From: an uncultured Alphaproteobacteria bacterium
GTDB lineage: Bacteria; Pseudomonadota; Alphaproteobacteria; CAAHEQ01; UBA3637
Direction: 5' to 3'
DNA length: 64,000 nucleotides
Assembly (NCBI GenBank): GCA_934203105.1
Contig: CAKPYQ010000001.1
Span: forward strand, 37,270-101,269
Below the pieces are notes generated by a model that saw only the letters and a program-made list of their open reading frames with translations, was not told the origin of the DNA and ran no database searches. Shown one piece after another: positions 20,900 to 29,471 of the stretch (position 1 is its first letter; every line of letters starts with the position of its first letter). Both the position numbers and the translations under genes were made by a program.

Positions 20900-20992
20900 T
20901 TTATTGTATTGAACCGTCTTTATATTTACCTTTTATTAACAAAAGCCACGCTATATTAAAGACAAGCGTAAATTATTAAAAGGAGATTCGAT

Positions 20993-22063
20993 ATGAAACG
21001 GACGCGCAATATTGCTTTTGTTTTGTCCACCGTGGCGGCAGTCAGCTTGATTGCGGCATGCCAAAGCGCAAAAGAAGAACAACCGCTGCAAAATGCGGCT
21101 TGTCCGGAAGGCTTTGTTGAAACGACTAATATCGGCATGGGTGATGAAATTATTTGCTGTCCGTACGGAACAACCGGCCAAGACGGTTATTGCGTTGATA
21201 CACCGATGGATTATCAACCTGCCCCGTCCGAATATCCGCAAACAGATACGATCGTTGATACGGGCTTTGCCCCGCAACCCGATCAATCCGAAACGCAAGC
21301 TCCATCAGAAGAACAAACAAAACCAACTGAACCGGCTGAATTTGATGCTCGAACAACGCCTGCAGAGCCGGCCGAATCAGCTTCTGCACCGGCACAAGTT
21401 ACGCAAGTTGCCGGCGAATTCGTTTATTTAACCGCCCCGAACGGCAAAGGAAGCGCTTATTGCCAAAAAAGAGCCAATTCTTTGGCGTGGAACGGCATTC
21501 AATACAAATGTTGCGGATACGGATTAACGTCAACCGTCGTTCCGTCTCGTGATGATTCGATTTGCTGTCCGGTCGGTTCTACTTCGGCACGTTGGGTTGG
21601 AACAGCCGGCTTTGATTATCAATGTTGTCCGGTCGGAACGGTTGAAACCCAAAATGAAGGTTCGGGCGATAAATACATTTGTTGCCAAAAAGGTATGGTC
21701 GGCAAAGACGGCGTATGTCGCACCAAAACCGAATTGCAAAAAGAAGGCAAAGTTTTAATGACCGCAATCGGCAATAAAGGCCAAGCCTATTGTCCGCAAA
21801 ACGCAAACTCTTTAGCGTGGAATGCGGTTGAATTTCAATGTTGCGGCAAAGGAATGAAAGCGGCGTTGATTCCATCACGCGGCGATTCGATTTGCTGTCC
21901 GGAAAGCTCCGACGAAGCACGTTGGGTCGGACAAAAGTGGAATGATTTCGAATGCTGTCCGGCCGGTACAGTCGAAACAAAGAATGAAGGCGAAGGCGGC
22001 AAATATATTTGCTGTCCAAAGGCAAGCAGAGCTTTGAACGGGGAATGTTTAAGCGTTCAATAA
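20993..22063 (+). CDS. cysteine-rich lipoprotein with internal about 107-aa duplication (CC-P-x-G / CCG motifs)
   Basis: Lipobox L-I-A-A-C. Two repeats contain YCQKRANSLAWN..CCGYG...SR.DSICCP..S..ARWVG....CCP.GTVET.NEG.G.KYICC. A Pro/Glu-rich linker is present. Confidence 0.55.
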   Translation: MKRTRNIAFVLSTVAAVSLIAACQSAKEEQPLQNAACPEGFVETTNIGMGDEIICCPYGTTGQDGYCVDTPMDYQPAPSEYPQTDTIVDTGFAPQPDQSETQAPSEEQTKPTEPAEFDARTTPAEPAESASAPAQVTQVAGEFVYLTAPNGKGSAYCQKRANSLAWNGIQYKCCGYGLTSTVVPSRDDSICCPVGSTSARWVGTAGFDYQCCPVGTVETQNEGSGDKYICCQKGMVGKDGVCRTKTELQKEGKVLMTAIGNKGQAYCPQNANSLAWNAVEFQCCGKGMKAALIPSRGDSICCPESSDEARWVGQKWNDFECCPAGTVETKNEGEGGKYICCPKASRALNGECLSVQ

Positions 22064-22100
22064 ACGGCTCTTGCGCCTGAAAAGCCCACAAGTTGGGGGA

Positions 22101-22136
22101 GGAAAGCACCGATGACTGATCATCATTGGTGCTTTT
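22101..22136 (+). terminator. rho-independent terminator after the Cys-rich lipoprotein gene
   Basis: gaaagcaccgatgactgatcatcattggtgcttttc forms a 13-bp stem with 1 mismatch, followed by a T-run. Confidence 0.55.
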
Positions 22137-22261
22137 CATAATATAGATTAACCGCAAGCTTGAGGTTTTATTTACGCTATGAATGCAAGGCAATATGCGG
22201 CAAAAAACAAACCTTGTTTTAATAATAAAGTACCGATCAGGGAAAAATTTTAAAAAAGCAC

Positions 22262-22290
22262 TTGACACGTTAAATTTAATGATATATAAT
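22262..22290 (+). promoter_or_regulatory. consensus sigma-70 promoter of the tRNA gene (TTGACA-17-TATAAT)
   Basis: ttgaca at 22262-22267, spacer cgttaaatttaatgata (17 nt), tataat at 22285-22290. The tRNA 5' end lies about 29 nt downstream. Confidence 0.65.
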
Positions 22291-22318
22291 TCTGCTATCT
22301 TTCACGGAAAGATCCCAT

Positions 22319-22396
<78 letters not shown>

Positions 22397-22405
22397 ATAA
22401 AGATA

Positions 22406-22432
22406 AGAGGAAGTTTTGCTTCCTCTTTTTTT
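22406..22432 (+). terminator. rho-independent terminator after the tRNA
   Basis: aagaggaag tttg cttcctctt is a perfect 9-bp stem followed by a T-run. Confidence 0.65.
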
Positions 22433-22644
22433 AACATTTAAATACATGGAATGCGATTATATTTAGATGAACTAAATCCAACAGCAGGAAAACACAAAGA
22501 TTTATTACTTCCAGAGTGCGGAGTATTTTGTGAATTGGAAAAAGTATATTTTTAGTACCAGGCTTGAAGACATAATTCTAATATATACTGATCTCTATGA
22601 GGTTATTTTTTCCTACAATATGTTAATAACGGTTATTAAAATCA

Positions 22645-25600
22645 TTACACGTCCATCACGTTGTCTGTCCAAAGTTCGCATTGTGTCATAACTGTTTGAA
22701 CGGCATCATCAACACCTTCTGGGGGATATTTATGCTTTTTTAACAATTTTTTTATCATCATACGCATTTTGGCGCGCGCTGTTTCTTTTTTCTGCCAATC
22801 TATTGTTTTATTTTTGCGCAAAGTTTCGGTGAGTTCTTTTGTAATAGCAATTAATTCATCATTTTCATAAAAATCTTTAACTGCTTGTGGACGAGCCAAT
22901 GCATCATAAAAAGCTGCTTCTTCAGCATTAAGCCCTAAATCATCACCTTCCTTTTGTGCTGTGGCAATTTGTTTTGCCAAATTAAGCAGCTCCTCAATAA
23001 CTTGTTCATTAGTCAACATACCGTTCAAATAGCGGTTCATAGATTCTTGTATCATTTCACTGAACTTTTCCGAACGCACAACATTGGTATGGCGATAAAT
23101 AGAAATCTGCTCAGCTATTAATTTTTTCAACAATTCGACCGCCAAATTTTTTTCTTTCATCTTGGACACTTCATCCAAAAATTTCGGGTCAAACAGCGAA
23201 AATTCTTCTTTTATATCTGAAAACAGATTAATTACACCATCGCTTTTTATACTCTGCCCCAACAGCTCGTTGATACGCTTATTCATTTCCGGCAAAGATA
23301 TTTTCTTTTGCCCACCGCCTTCGGTAAAACGCAAAATCATAATACGAACAGCTTCCATAAATGCTGCCTCAATACGCAATATTTCTTCAACAATAGATGC
23401 GCAAAGAGACAAAGCCTGATGTAACATAAGGGCTTGCTTAATAAATGCGTCTTTTTCTTTATTTTTCTCTCTGGCAATAATAAAGTTTGCGGCACCGCTT
23501 ATCAATCTTGCTCGGACTAAATTTGAACCGGTAGCAAATTCGCTATAATCAAAACCGTGCAATAAATCGCGACAAACCTGCAATTTTTCTTTGAATTTAT
23601 TATATGCTGTGGTAGCAATATCCATATTACCATAGTTCTTTCTGTCGCGGAGAGTATAATCATTCATCGCCTTTTTCAAAGCACTGGCAATACCGATATA
23701 ATCAACCACCAAACCGCCTTCTTTATCTTCAAATACGCGATTAACACGAGCAATCGCCTGCATCAGGTTATAACCTTCCATCGGTTTATAAATATACATT
23801 GTCGCAAGCGATGGTACATCAAAACCGGTTAGCCACATATCAACAACAATCGCAATCTTCAAAGGATCATTATTATCTTTAAATTTACGTGCTAAATCTT
23901 CCTTATGAGATTTATTACCAATAATAGCTCGCCAATCTTCTGGATCATCATTACCGGATGTCATAACCACAGCAACTTTATCTTTCCACGCGGGGCGTAA
24001 CTCCAAAATTCGATGATAAATTTTCAATGCAATCGGACGAGAATAAGCTACAATCATAGCCTTACCGGTTAATAAATTTTCGCGGTAATTTTCGTAGTGA
24101 TCCAAAATATCGCAGACAAGCGAATTGATAGTATCATCGTCGCTTAATATTGTTTCCATTTGCCCGAGTTGTTTTTTACTTTTTTCAATGACCTCTGGAT
24201 CGGCATTTTGTGCCATTAAATCATATTCAGCATCAATCAGTTGTAAAATTTCCGGTTTTAAATGAAGTTTTATCACGCGGCTTTCATAATAAACCGGACG
24301 CGTTGCACCATCTTCTACTGCTTGTGTCATATCGTAAACATCGATATAATCGCCAAATACCTCTCGCGTGTTGCGGTCATCAAGAGAAAGCGGTGTCCCC
24401 GTAAAGCCAATATATGTCGCATTTGGCAGAGAATTACGAATAATTCGTGCCGTTCCGACTTTGATATTTCCTTTTTTATCTATCTTTTCAGACAAGCCAT
24501 ATTGACCGCGGTGCGCCTCATCAGCCATAACGATAATATTCCGTCGCTCTGACAGTGGCTCAACTGCTTCCTCAAACTTTTGCATCGTGGTAAAGAAAAT
24601 ACCATTGGCTTTGATACCATTCAAAAGCTGTTTCAAATGTTCTCGGCTTGTTGCTTGCACCGGTTCTTGGCGCAAAAAATCTTTGCATTTAGCAAATTGC
24701 GTATAAAGTTGGTCATCTAAATCGTTACGATCTGTAATAACTACTATTGTCGGGCTGTTTAATGCGCTTTGCAGTAAATGAGCATAAAATACCATAGAAA
24801 GAGATTTGCCACTACCTTGCGTGTGCCAAAAGACACCGCCTTTACCATCAGTTTGCGTGGCGCGTTTGGTCGATTCGATCGCTTTTTTTACCGCAAAGTA
24901 TTGATGATAACCAGCCAAAATTTTTGACCTCCCCTTATTTTCGGCAGAAAAGCAAATAAAATTTTTCAAAATATCCAGCAGGCGCGATTTTTCAAAAATC
25001 CCATTAAAAAATGTATCAAATTGCGCATATTTGGTGTTTTCGTAGGAACCATCAACCGTTTTCCATTCCATAAAACGAGTCTCATCAGAAGTAATCGTTC
25101 CGGCTTTAGATACCGCCAAATCACTCATGACACAGATTGCATTATATATAAACATAGACGGGATTTCGTGCTTATAGTTTTGAATTTGCCGATATGCTTC
25201 CGAAGCATCTGTTTCTTCTCGCGACGGAGATTTCAATTCCATCAGCACAAGTGGCAACCCGTTGATAAACAGCAACACATCCGGACGTTTTTCGCTGTTT
25301 TCAATGAAGGTCCATTGGTTGGCAACAATGAAGGAGTTATTATCCGGATTTTCATAATCAATCAGATAAACAATCGTATCGCGTGGCTCGCCTTTTTCAG
25401 TATAGCGGACGGTAATGCCATTTTGCAAATAATCCATAAAAATGGCATTTTTTTGCGTCAATTCGGCATTTTCAAAATTTTTGAGCTTAAAAAGAGCCTC
25501 GTTTATTGCCTCATCCGGCAAATCTGGATTGATTTGATGTAGAGAATTTGTCAGTATCGGTTCATACAATGGCGAAGTAAAATCCCGCGTTTCCACATCC

Positions 25601-25698
25601 GGCCCATAAACATGTGTATAGCCAATTTCTTCAAACAACTCAATAATCGACTTTTCATACGCTTCTTCATTTACTGGATTGATGAAAGTATTTGTCAT
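22645..25698 (-). CDS. hsdR: type I restriction enzyme R subunit (HsdR)
   Basis: 1017 aa. The SF2 helicase motif I is HTQGSGKSLSM and the DEAH motif II is VMADEAHRGQ. The N-terminal nuclease region and the size are typical of HsdR. The start overlaps the upstream gene by 4 bp. Confidence 0.88.
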   Translation of the reverse strand: MTNTFINPVNEEAYEKSIIELFEEIGYTHVYGPDVETRDFTSPLYEPILTNSLHQINPDLPDEAINEALFKLKNFENAELTQKNAIFMDYLQNGITVRYTEKGEPRDTIVYLIDYENPDNNSFIVANQWTFIENSEKRPDVLLFINGLPLVLMELKSPSREETDASEAYRQIQNYKHEIPSMFIYNAICVMSDLAVSKAGTITSDETRFMEWKTVDGSYENTKYAQFDTFFNGIFEKSRLLDILKNFICFSAENKGRSKILAGYHQYFAVKKAIESTKRATQTDGKGGVFWHTQGSGKSLSMVFYAHLLQSALNSPTIVVITDRNDLDDQLYTQFAKCKDFLRQEPVQATSREHLKQLLNGIKANGIFFTTMQKFEEAVEPLSERRNIIVMADEAHRGQYGLSEKIDKKGNIKVGTARIIRNSLPNATYIGFTGTPLSLDDRNTREVFGDYIDVYDMTQAVEDGATRPVYYESRVIKLHLKPEILQLIDAEYDLMAQNADPEVIEKSKKQLGQMETILSDDDTINSLVCDILDHYENYRENLLTGKAMIVAYSRPIALKIYHRILELRPAWKDKVAVVMTSGNDDPEDWRAIIGNKSHKEDLARKFKDNNDPLKIAIVVDMWLTGFDVPSLATMYIYKPMEGYNLMQAIARVNRVFEDKEGGLVVDYIGIASALKKAMNDYTLRDRKNYGNMDIATTAYNKFKEKLQVCRDLLHGFDYSEFATGSNLVRARLISGAANFIIAREKNKEKDAFIKQALMLHQALSLCASIVEEILRIEAAFMEAVRIMILRFTEGGGQKKISLPEMNKRINELLGQSIKSDGVINLFSDIKEEFSLFDPKFLDEVSKMKEKNLAVELLKKLIAEQISIYRHTNVVRSEKFSEMIQESMNRYLNGMLTNEQVIEELLNLAKQIATAQKEGDDLGLNAEEAAFYDALARPQAVKDFYENDELIAITKELTETLRKNKTIDWQKKETARAKMRMMIKKLLKKHKYPPEGVDDAVQTVMTQCELWTDNVMDV

Positions 25699-26546
25699 TT
25701 TTTCTCCTTTAATCCTTTAAGAAATTCAGCCATTTTGTTTTTCCGTTCTTTATTATCTTTAGCTAAAACACAGAATAAAAGTAATTGATAAATTTCGTCA
25801 TATAGGTTTTCCAATTCGTTATCACTCATCTTAGCAATAATTTCTTTTTTATCTGCACCCTCTTTGTTATTATGACGTATATGAGCATTGTTAATCATTC
25901 CGCGAACGGTGGTAAAATAGGAATTGAAATCTGGTATACCGTCATCCAGCAATGGTTCATATTCTGTCGCAATGGTTAGTAATAATTTTCTTTTTTCCTC
26001 TAATTGTCCTTTTAACGATGCATGATGATATTTCAAAATAGCCATTGCTGTATCTTTTGATGAAATCTCTGCCACTGCAAACGCGGCAGGATCTTTAGGA
26101 ATAAGTAAAATTTTCTCTTCATCTTCAATACAATATTCTTTGTAATTCAAACGCTCTAAAATTAGATTCAAATTTTGCAATAGCATAATATATTCTTTGG
26201 AGCTTTGAAAATTCATATTTTGTCCCAGTCCAACTTTATTTTGAGCAAGTCGTATTAGATTAATAAAATATTCCAAAGTTAAAATTAAATCATCTTGTTC
26301 GTTCGGAAGTTTACCAATTTTCAGTTTTTTCCGAATTTCTGCACAATTTAAACATCCATTTCTTTGTTTCCATCCATGCAGTAAAAATGTATCAACAATC
26401 CCCTCAATATTTAATTGTCCTTGATGAAAATTCATTGGGTTTACATATGTGAACATAGGCAATGCAAAAAGTTTGATAATCTTTTTCATTTCTGCATTTA
26501 TATCATATTCACTGGCTAAAATTTCAAAGATATTTTTACGAGTCAT
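25695..26546 (-). CDS. hypothetical protein embedded between hsdS and hsdR (possible HEPN-like R-x6-H motif; function unknown)
   Basis: 283 aa, AT-rich, no P-loop, so it is not a PrrC-type ATPase. Its only motif-like feature is RGMINNAH near the C-terminus. The gene overlaps both neighbours by 4 bp. Confidence 0.3.
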   Translation of the reverse strand: MTRKNIFEILASEYDINAEMKKIIKLFALPMFTYVNPMNFHQGQLNIEGIVDTFLLHGWKQRNGCLNCAEIRKKLKIGKLPNEQDDLILTLEYFINLIRLAQNKVGLGQNMNFQSSKEYIMLLQNLNLILERLNYKEYCIEDEEKILLIPKDPAAFAVAEISSKDTAMAILKYHHASLKGQLEEKRKLLLTIATEYEPLLDDGIPDFNSYFTTVRGMINNAHIRHNNKEGADKKEIIAKMSDNELENLYDEIYQLLLFCVLAKDNKERKNKMAEFLKGLKEKK

Positions 26547-27754
26547 GGAGTATCCTTTTGTTCTGAAATATCCACATTATCGACATTGATTTCACCAGAC
26601 ATGAGTTTGGGTAATAATGTGTCACGAATAGAGGCTAATTTAATATTTTCTAAGGCATTAGCTGCTATTTTATGCATTAGAGGAGATACAATATTTGTAA
26701 ACTTTTTAACTGTATCTGGCAATGGAATAAATATTGGTAATCCTAGTAATTCACTTTGATTTAGACCTGGTTGAGCAGCTTTACTACACGCTAGCGTGTG
26801 CAGATAATTTTTATTTGTTTCATAACTTAAACAAAAGTAAATAAAAAATTGTGATGATATGTTTGATTTTCCACGTATAATAAACACATGCTCATTAACC
26901 GCACAAACTTTATGAGGAAATCCATCTAATGCAAGAGATACTTTTCCTGTGTATGCACCATCTTTATATAATAAAACATCCTCCGATAAGACCTTTCCTC
27001 GTTTCATTTGCTTGTAAAATTCTTCACTAATAAATTTTTCTTTACTGTAATCATATACACCAAATTTTTCAATATTTTCAGCTCCGATACTAGGTATTCC
27101 TTGACTTAGAGCTCCTCCTTTTGGTCGGCTACCACTTTCTGCAATATTAACAATATCTGCTAAAATGCCATTATTTTCAGAGCCATAAATAGATTTAAAC
27201 AGAGCCTGAGCCTGTTGTTCTAAATTATTATTTATCCTATTATTCAGCTCGATTTTATCATCCAGCACCCCCAACACCCTTGCAATCTTCTTCTGAATAT
27301 CAAGCGGAGGAACTGTGAATTCTAAATTTTTAACTTGTGTACCAGATATTTCTGCAAAAGTTGATCCTGATCCCATTCCTACAATATATTCAATGTTATT
27401 TTTTAGTAAATAATAGAAAAATTCAGAACAATATCCTTTTTTTAACACAAGACTTTTAAATCCTTGATTAGTACAAACATCATTTTTTGCAATCGCTACA
27501 TATCCAATAGGAGCTCGACTTGTTAATAAAACACTACCTTTAGGTAACATATGAGCACTACTATTTTGAAGGCCTTCTTGAGCTATATTTCGTTCACCTT
27601 TAGAAATGTATCGACTATTATAACCTGATAAATCTTTAGGAGTTAGCCATGGGATATCTCCATTCCAAAAATCATAATTTTTAGTACTAGGAGTGCCTCC
27701 ACCTATGACTTCACAAACATCACTTAATTTAATCTTCTGCCAATTACTATTCAT
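26543..27754 (-). CDS. hsdS: type I restriction-modification specificity subunit (HsdS), two target-recognition domains
   Basis: 403 aa with a duplicated TRD architecture and conserved central and C-terminal coiled regions. It is very AT-rich, as is typical of hsdS. Confidence 0.7.
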   Translation of the reverse strand: MNSNWQKIKLSDVCEVIGGGTPSTKNYDFWNGDIPWLTPKDLSGYNSRYISKGERNIAQEGLQNSSAHMLPKGSVLLTSRAPIGYVAIAKNDVCTNQGFKSLVLKKGYCSEFFYYLLKNNIEYIVGMGSGSTFAEISGTQVKNLEFTVPPLDIQKKIARVLGVLDDKIELNNRINNNLEQQAQALFKSIYGSENNGILADIVNIAESGSRPKGGALSQGIPSIGAENIEKFGVYDYSKEKFISEEFYKQMKRGKVLSEDVLLYKDGAYTGKVSLALDGFPHKVCAVNEHVFIIRGKSNISSQFFIYFCLSYETNKNYLHTLACSKAAQPGLNQSELLGLPIFIPLPDTVKKFTNIVSPLMHKIAANALENIKLASIRDTLLPKLMSGEINVDNVDISEQKDTP

Positions 27755-28784
27755 CGGCTACCTCCAAATTTTCATCATCTATGCGAATTTCTTCTATTGA
27801 AAAAGAATAATCATCACAACTATTAATCCATAGTGTCATATCAAGTTCATCTGTAAAGGATAAAGCAGAATTCGTATCAACGGTTATTTCTGCTCGTATC
27901 ATAACCTCATATTCTAAAAATATTTCATCTTCATGGTGTTGTTCTATATTGTATATATTTTTTACAATAAATTTGCTTAAAGACAAATATTTTGTATCTC
28001 CGATAATTTCATTAGAAAATGATCTTAAATCATTAAGAATATTATCTGAATTTAGATATTCTTTTATCTCGGAGTATTCTTCAGGATATTGAGGTGGAAT
28101 AGGATATGTGTCATCTTTATCTTTTGCTATTTGATCTAATTTTGAGTTTAAAATGTCTTCATTTTTTGAATTAATAAAAATAATTTCTTGATTTGGAAAT
28201 AACTTTTTATACTCTTCTTTTAACTCTTCATTGAACATTTTATCATTTGTATATAGGATGATATTTGTATCCGGATGTTCTTTTTTGTATTCTAAAATTG
28301 TTTCCCAAAGTAATGCATCTTTAAAACCCTTATCTGAGTTATTTTCTTTTCCCTCAAAAGGTGGTCTTTTATCAAATGCTCTATTTATAAGATTAAAATA
28401 ACATTTATCAGATGGAAAATTTAATTCTACAATGTTAATAGGCTTATTTTTTAATGCATTTTTATAGGCATTAATGTTTTCATCAAGATAAGTATCATAA
28501 TTTTTTGTTGTATCAACTTTATACGAATGGAAAGGAAATTTATGTTTTTTAAGCATATCTTCAAATTCTTTAACTTTTTTATGGTATGCTATAATATTTT
28601 GTTTTTTAGTTTCAGACCATACAATTTGAGGAATAGCAATTGATACAATATCATAAATATCTAACTCTTCAATGCGTGTCATGAAATTGTCAAGAGTACC
28701 ATTAAAAGAAAAATCTGTAAAATCACAGCATCGAGTATAGTCCTTATATAAAGCATTTGTATCAAAAATAAGTAGATAGTCCAT
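27747..28784 (-). CDS. hypothetical protein embedded in the R-M operon; N-terminal region with PIN-like acidic-residue pattern (tentative)
   Basis: 345 aa. The N-terminus LLIFDTNAL resembles the first PIN strand with its conserved Asp. Later acidic or threonine positions (VWSETKK, ILYTNDKMF with T-x-D) are compatible with a PIN-like fold carrying insertions. There is no database support. Confidence 0.3.
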   Translation of the reverse strand: MDYLLIFDTNALYKDYTRCCDFTDFSFNGTLDNFMTRIEELDIYDIVSIAIPQIVWSETKKQNIIAYHKKVKEFEDMLKKHKFPFHSYKVDTTKNYDTYLDENINAYKNALKNKPINIVELNFPSDKCYFNLINRAFDKRPPFEGKENNSDKGFKDALLWETILEYKKEHPDTNIILYTNDKMFNEELKEEYKKLFPNQEIIFINSKNEDILNSKLDQIAKDKDDTYPIPPQYPEEYSEIKEYLNSDNILNDLRSFSNEIIGDTKYLSLSKFIVKNIYNIEQHHEDEIFLEYEVMIRAEITVDTNSALSFTDELDMTLWINSCDDYSFSIEEIRIDDENLEVADE

Positions 28785-28792
28785 TTTAACCT

Positions 28793-29203
28793 CTATTCAT
28801 AAATTACTCTTTTTGCAATCGATATAAGTTTCTGTAATAAATGCTTTAATTTTTCTCTATATTCATTATGTTCTCTACCAGTATAATACCCGCTTATTGC
28901 AGAATGAGGCAGTGGAATATAGTTTTGATTAAATGGACTTATATAATTCTTTGTCGGATTAAAATAATCACTTATCCAATTATTACGTGGCATACAATAT
29001 CCAAAATTTTCAGATAAATATGAAGTATAATTTTGTAAATACGCTTCATCCATAAGTTTAATTGTTGATGAGGCATATTTTTCAAATGCTTCATATAAAT
29101 CTTTATCTAAATGTTCATTGGCTAATAAATCTATTCCTTTACCTAGGGCTTCAAGCAATTCATTTAGAGCCTTTTGTTTATTAGGATCCAACATAATCAT
29201 CAC
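28793..29203 (-). CDS. hypothetical protein embedded in the R-M operon
   Basis: 136 aa with no recognised motif. It is translationally coupled (ATGA overlap) to the upstream small membrane protein gene. Confidence 0.3.
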   Translation of the reverse strand: MMIMLDPNKQKALNELLEALGKGIDLLANEHLDKDLYEAFEKYASSTIKLMDEAYLQNYTSYLSENFGYCMPRNNWISDYFNPTKNYISPFNQNYIPLPHSAISGYYTGREHNEYREKLKHLLQKLISIAKRVIYE

Positions 29204-29469
29204 TTTCCCTCCGTTGATTTCATTATAATTTCTTCTTCCTTATTATTTTTTTCTTCAGCTTTTTTTATAAGTAATTCATCAAATGTTGTTTTATTTTCCT
29301 TTTGTTCTTCTACAGTTTCAGGATTAAGCTCAGCCCCACCAGGGAGTTTAGTTAAACGAGAAAGAATTTTGCGAATATCATTTTTAAAAATAAAAATACA
29401 TCCACCAACTAAAATAGGCCACGCTAGATGTTCACATAATCCTAATATGAAAGTTTGCCAAGGATACAT
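29200..29469 (-). CDS. small single-TM membrane protein embedded in the R-M operon
   Basis: 89 aa. The hydrophobic helix WPILVGGCIFIF is followed by a charged KE-rich tail. The start is 2 bp after the hsdM stop. Confidence 0.35.
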   Translation of the reverse strand: MYPWQTFILGLCEHLAWPILVGGCIFIFKNDIRKILSRLTKLPGGAELNPETVEEQKENKTTFDELLIKKAEEKNNKEEEIIMKSTEGK

Positions 29470-29471
29470 TT

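Noticed and set aside
22440-22644. Searched the tRNA-proximal flank for an integrase gene or an attachment-site repeat
   Set aside because: No ORF or repeat of the tRNA 3' end is visible here, so an island boundary or mobility mechanism cannot be asserted from this window alone.
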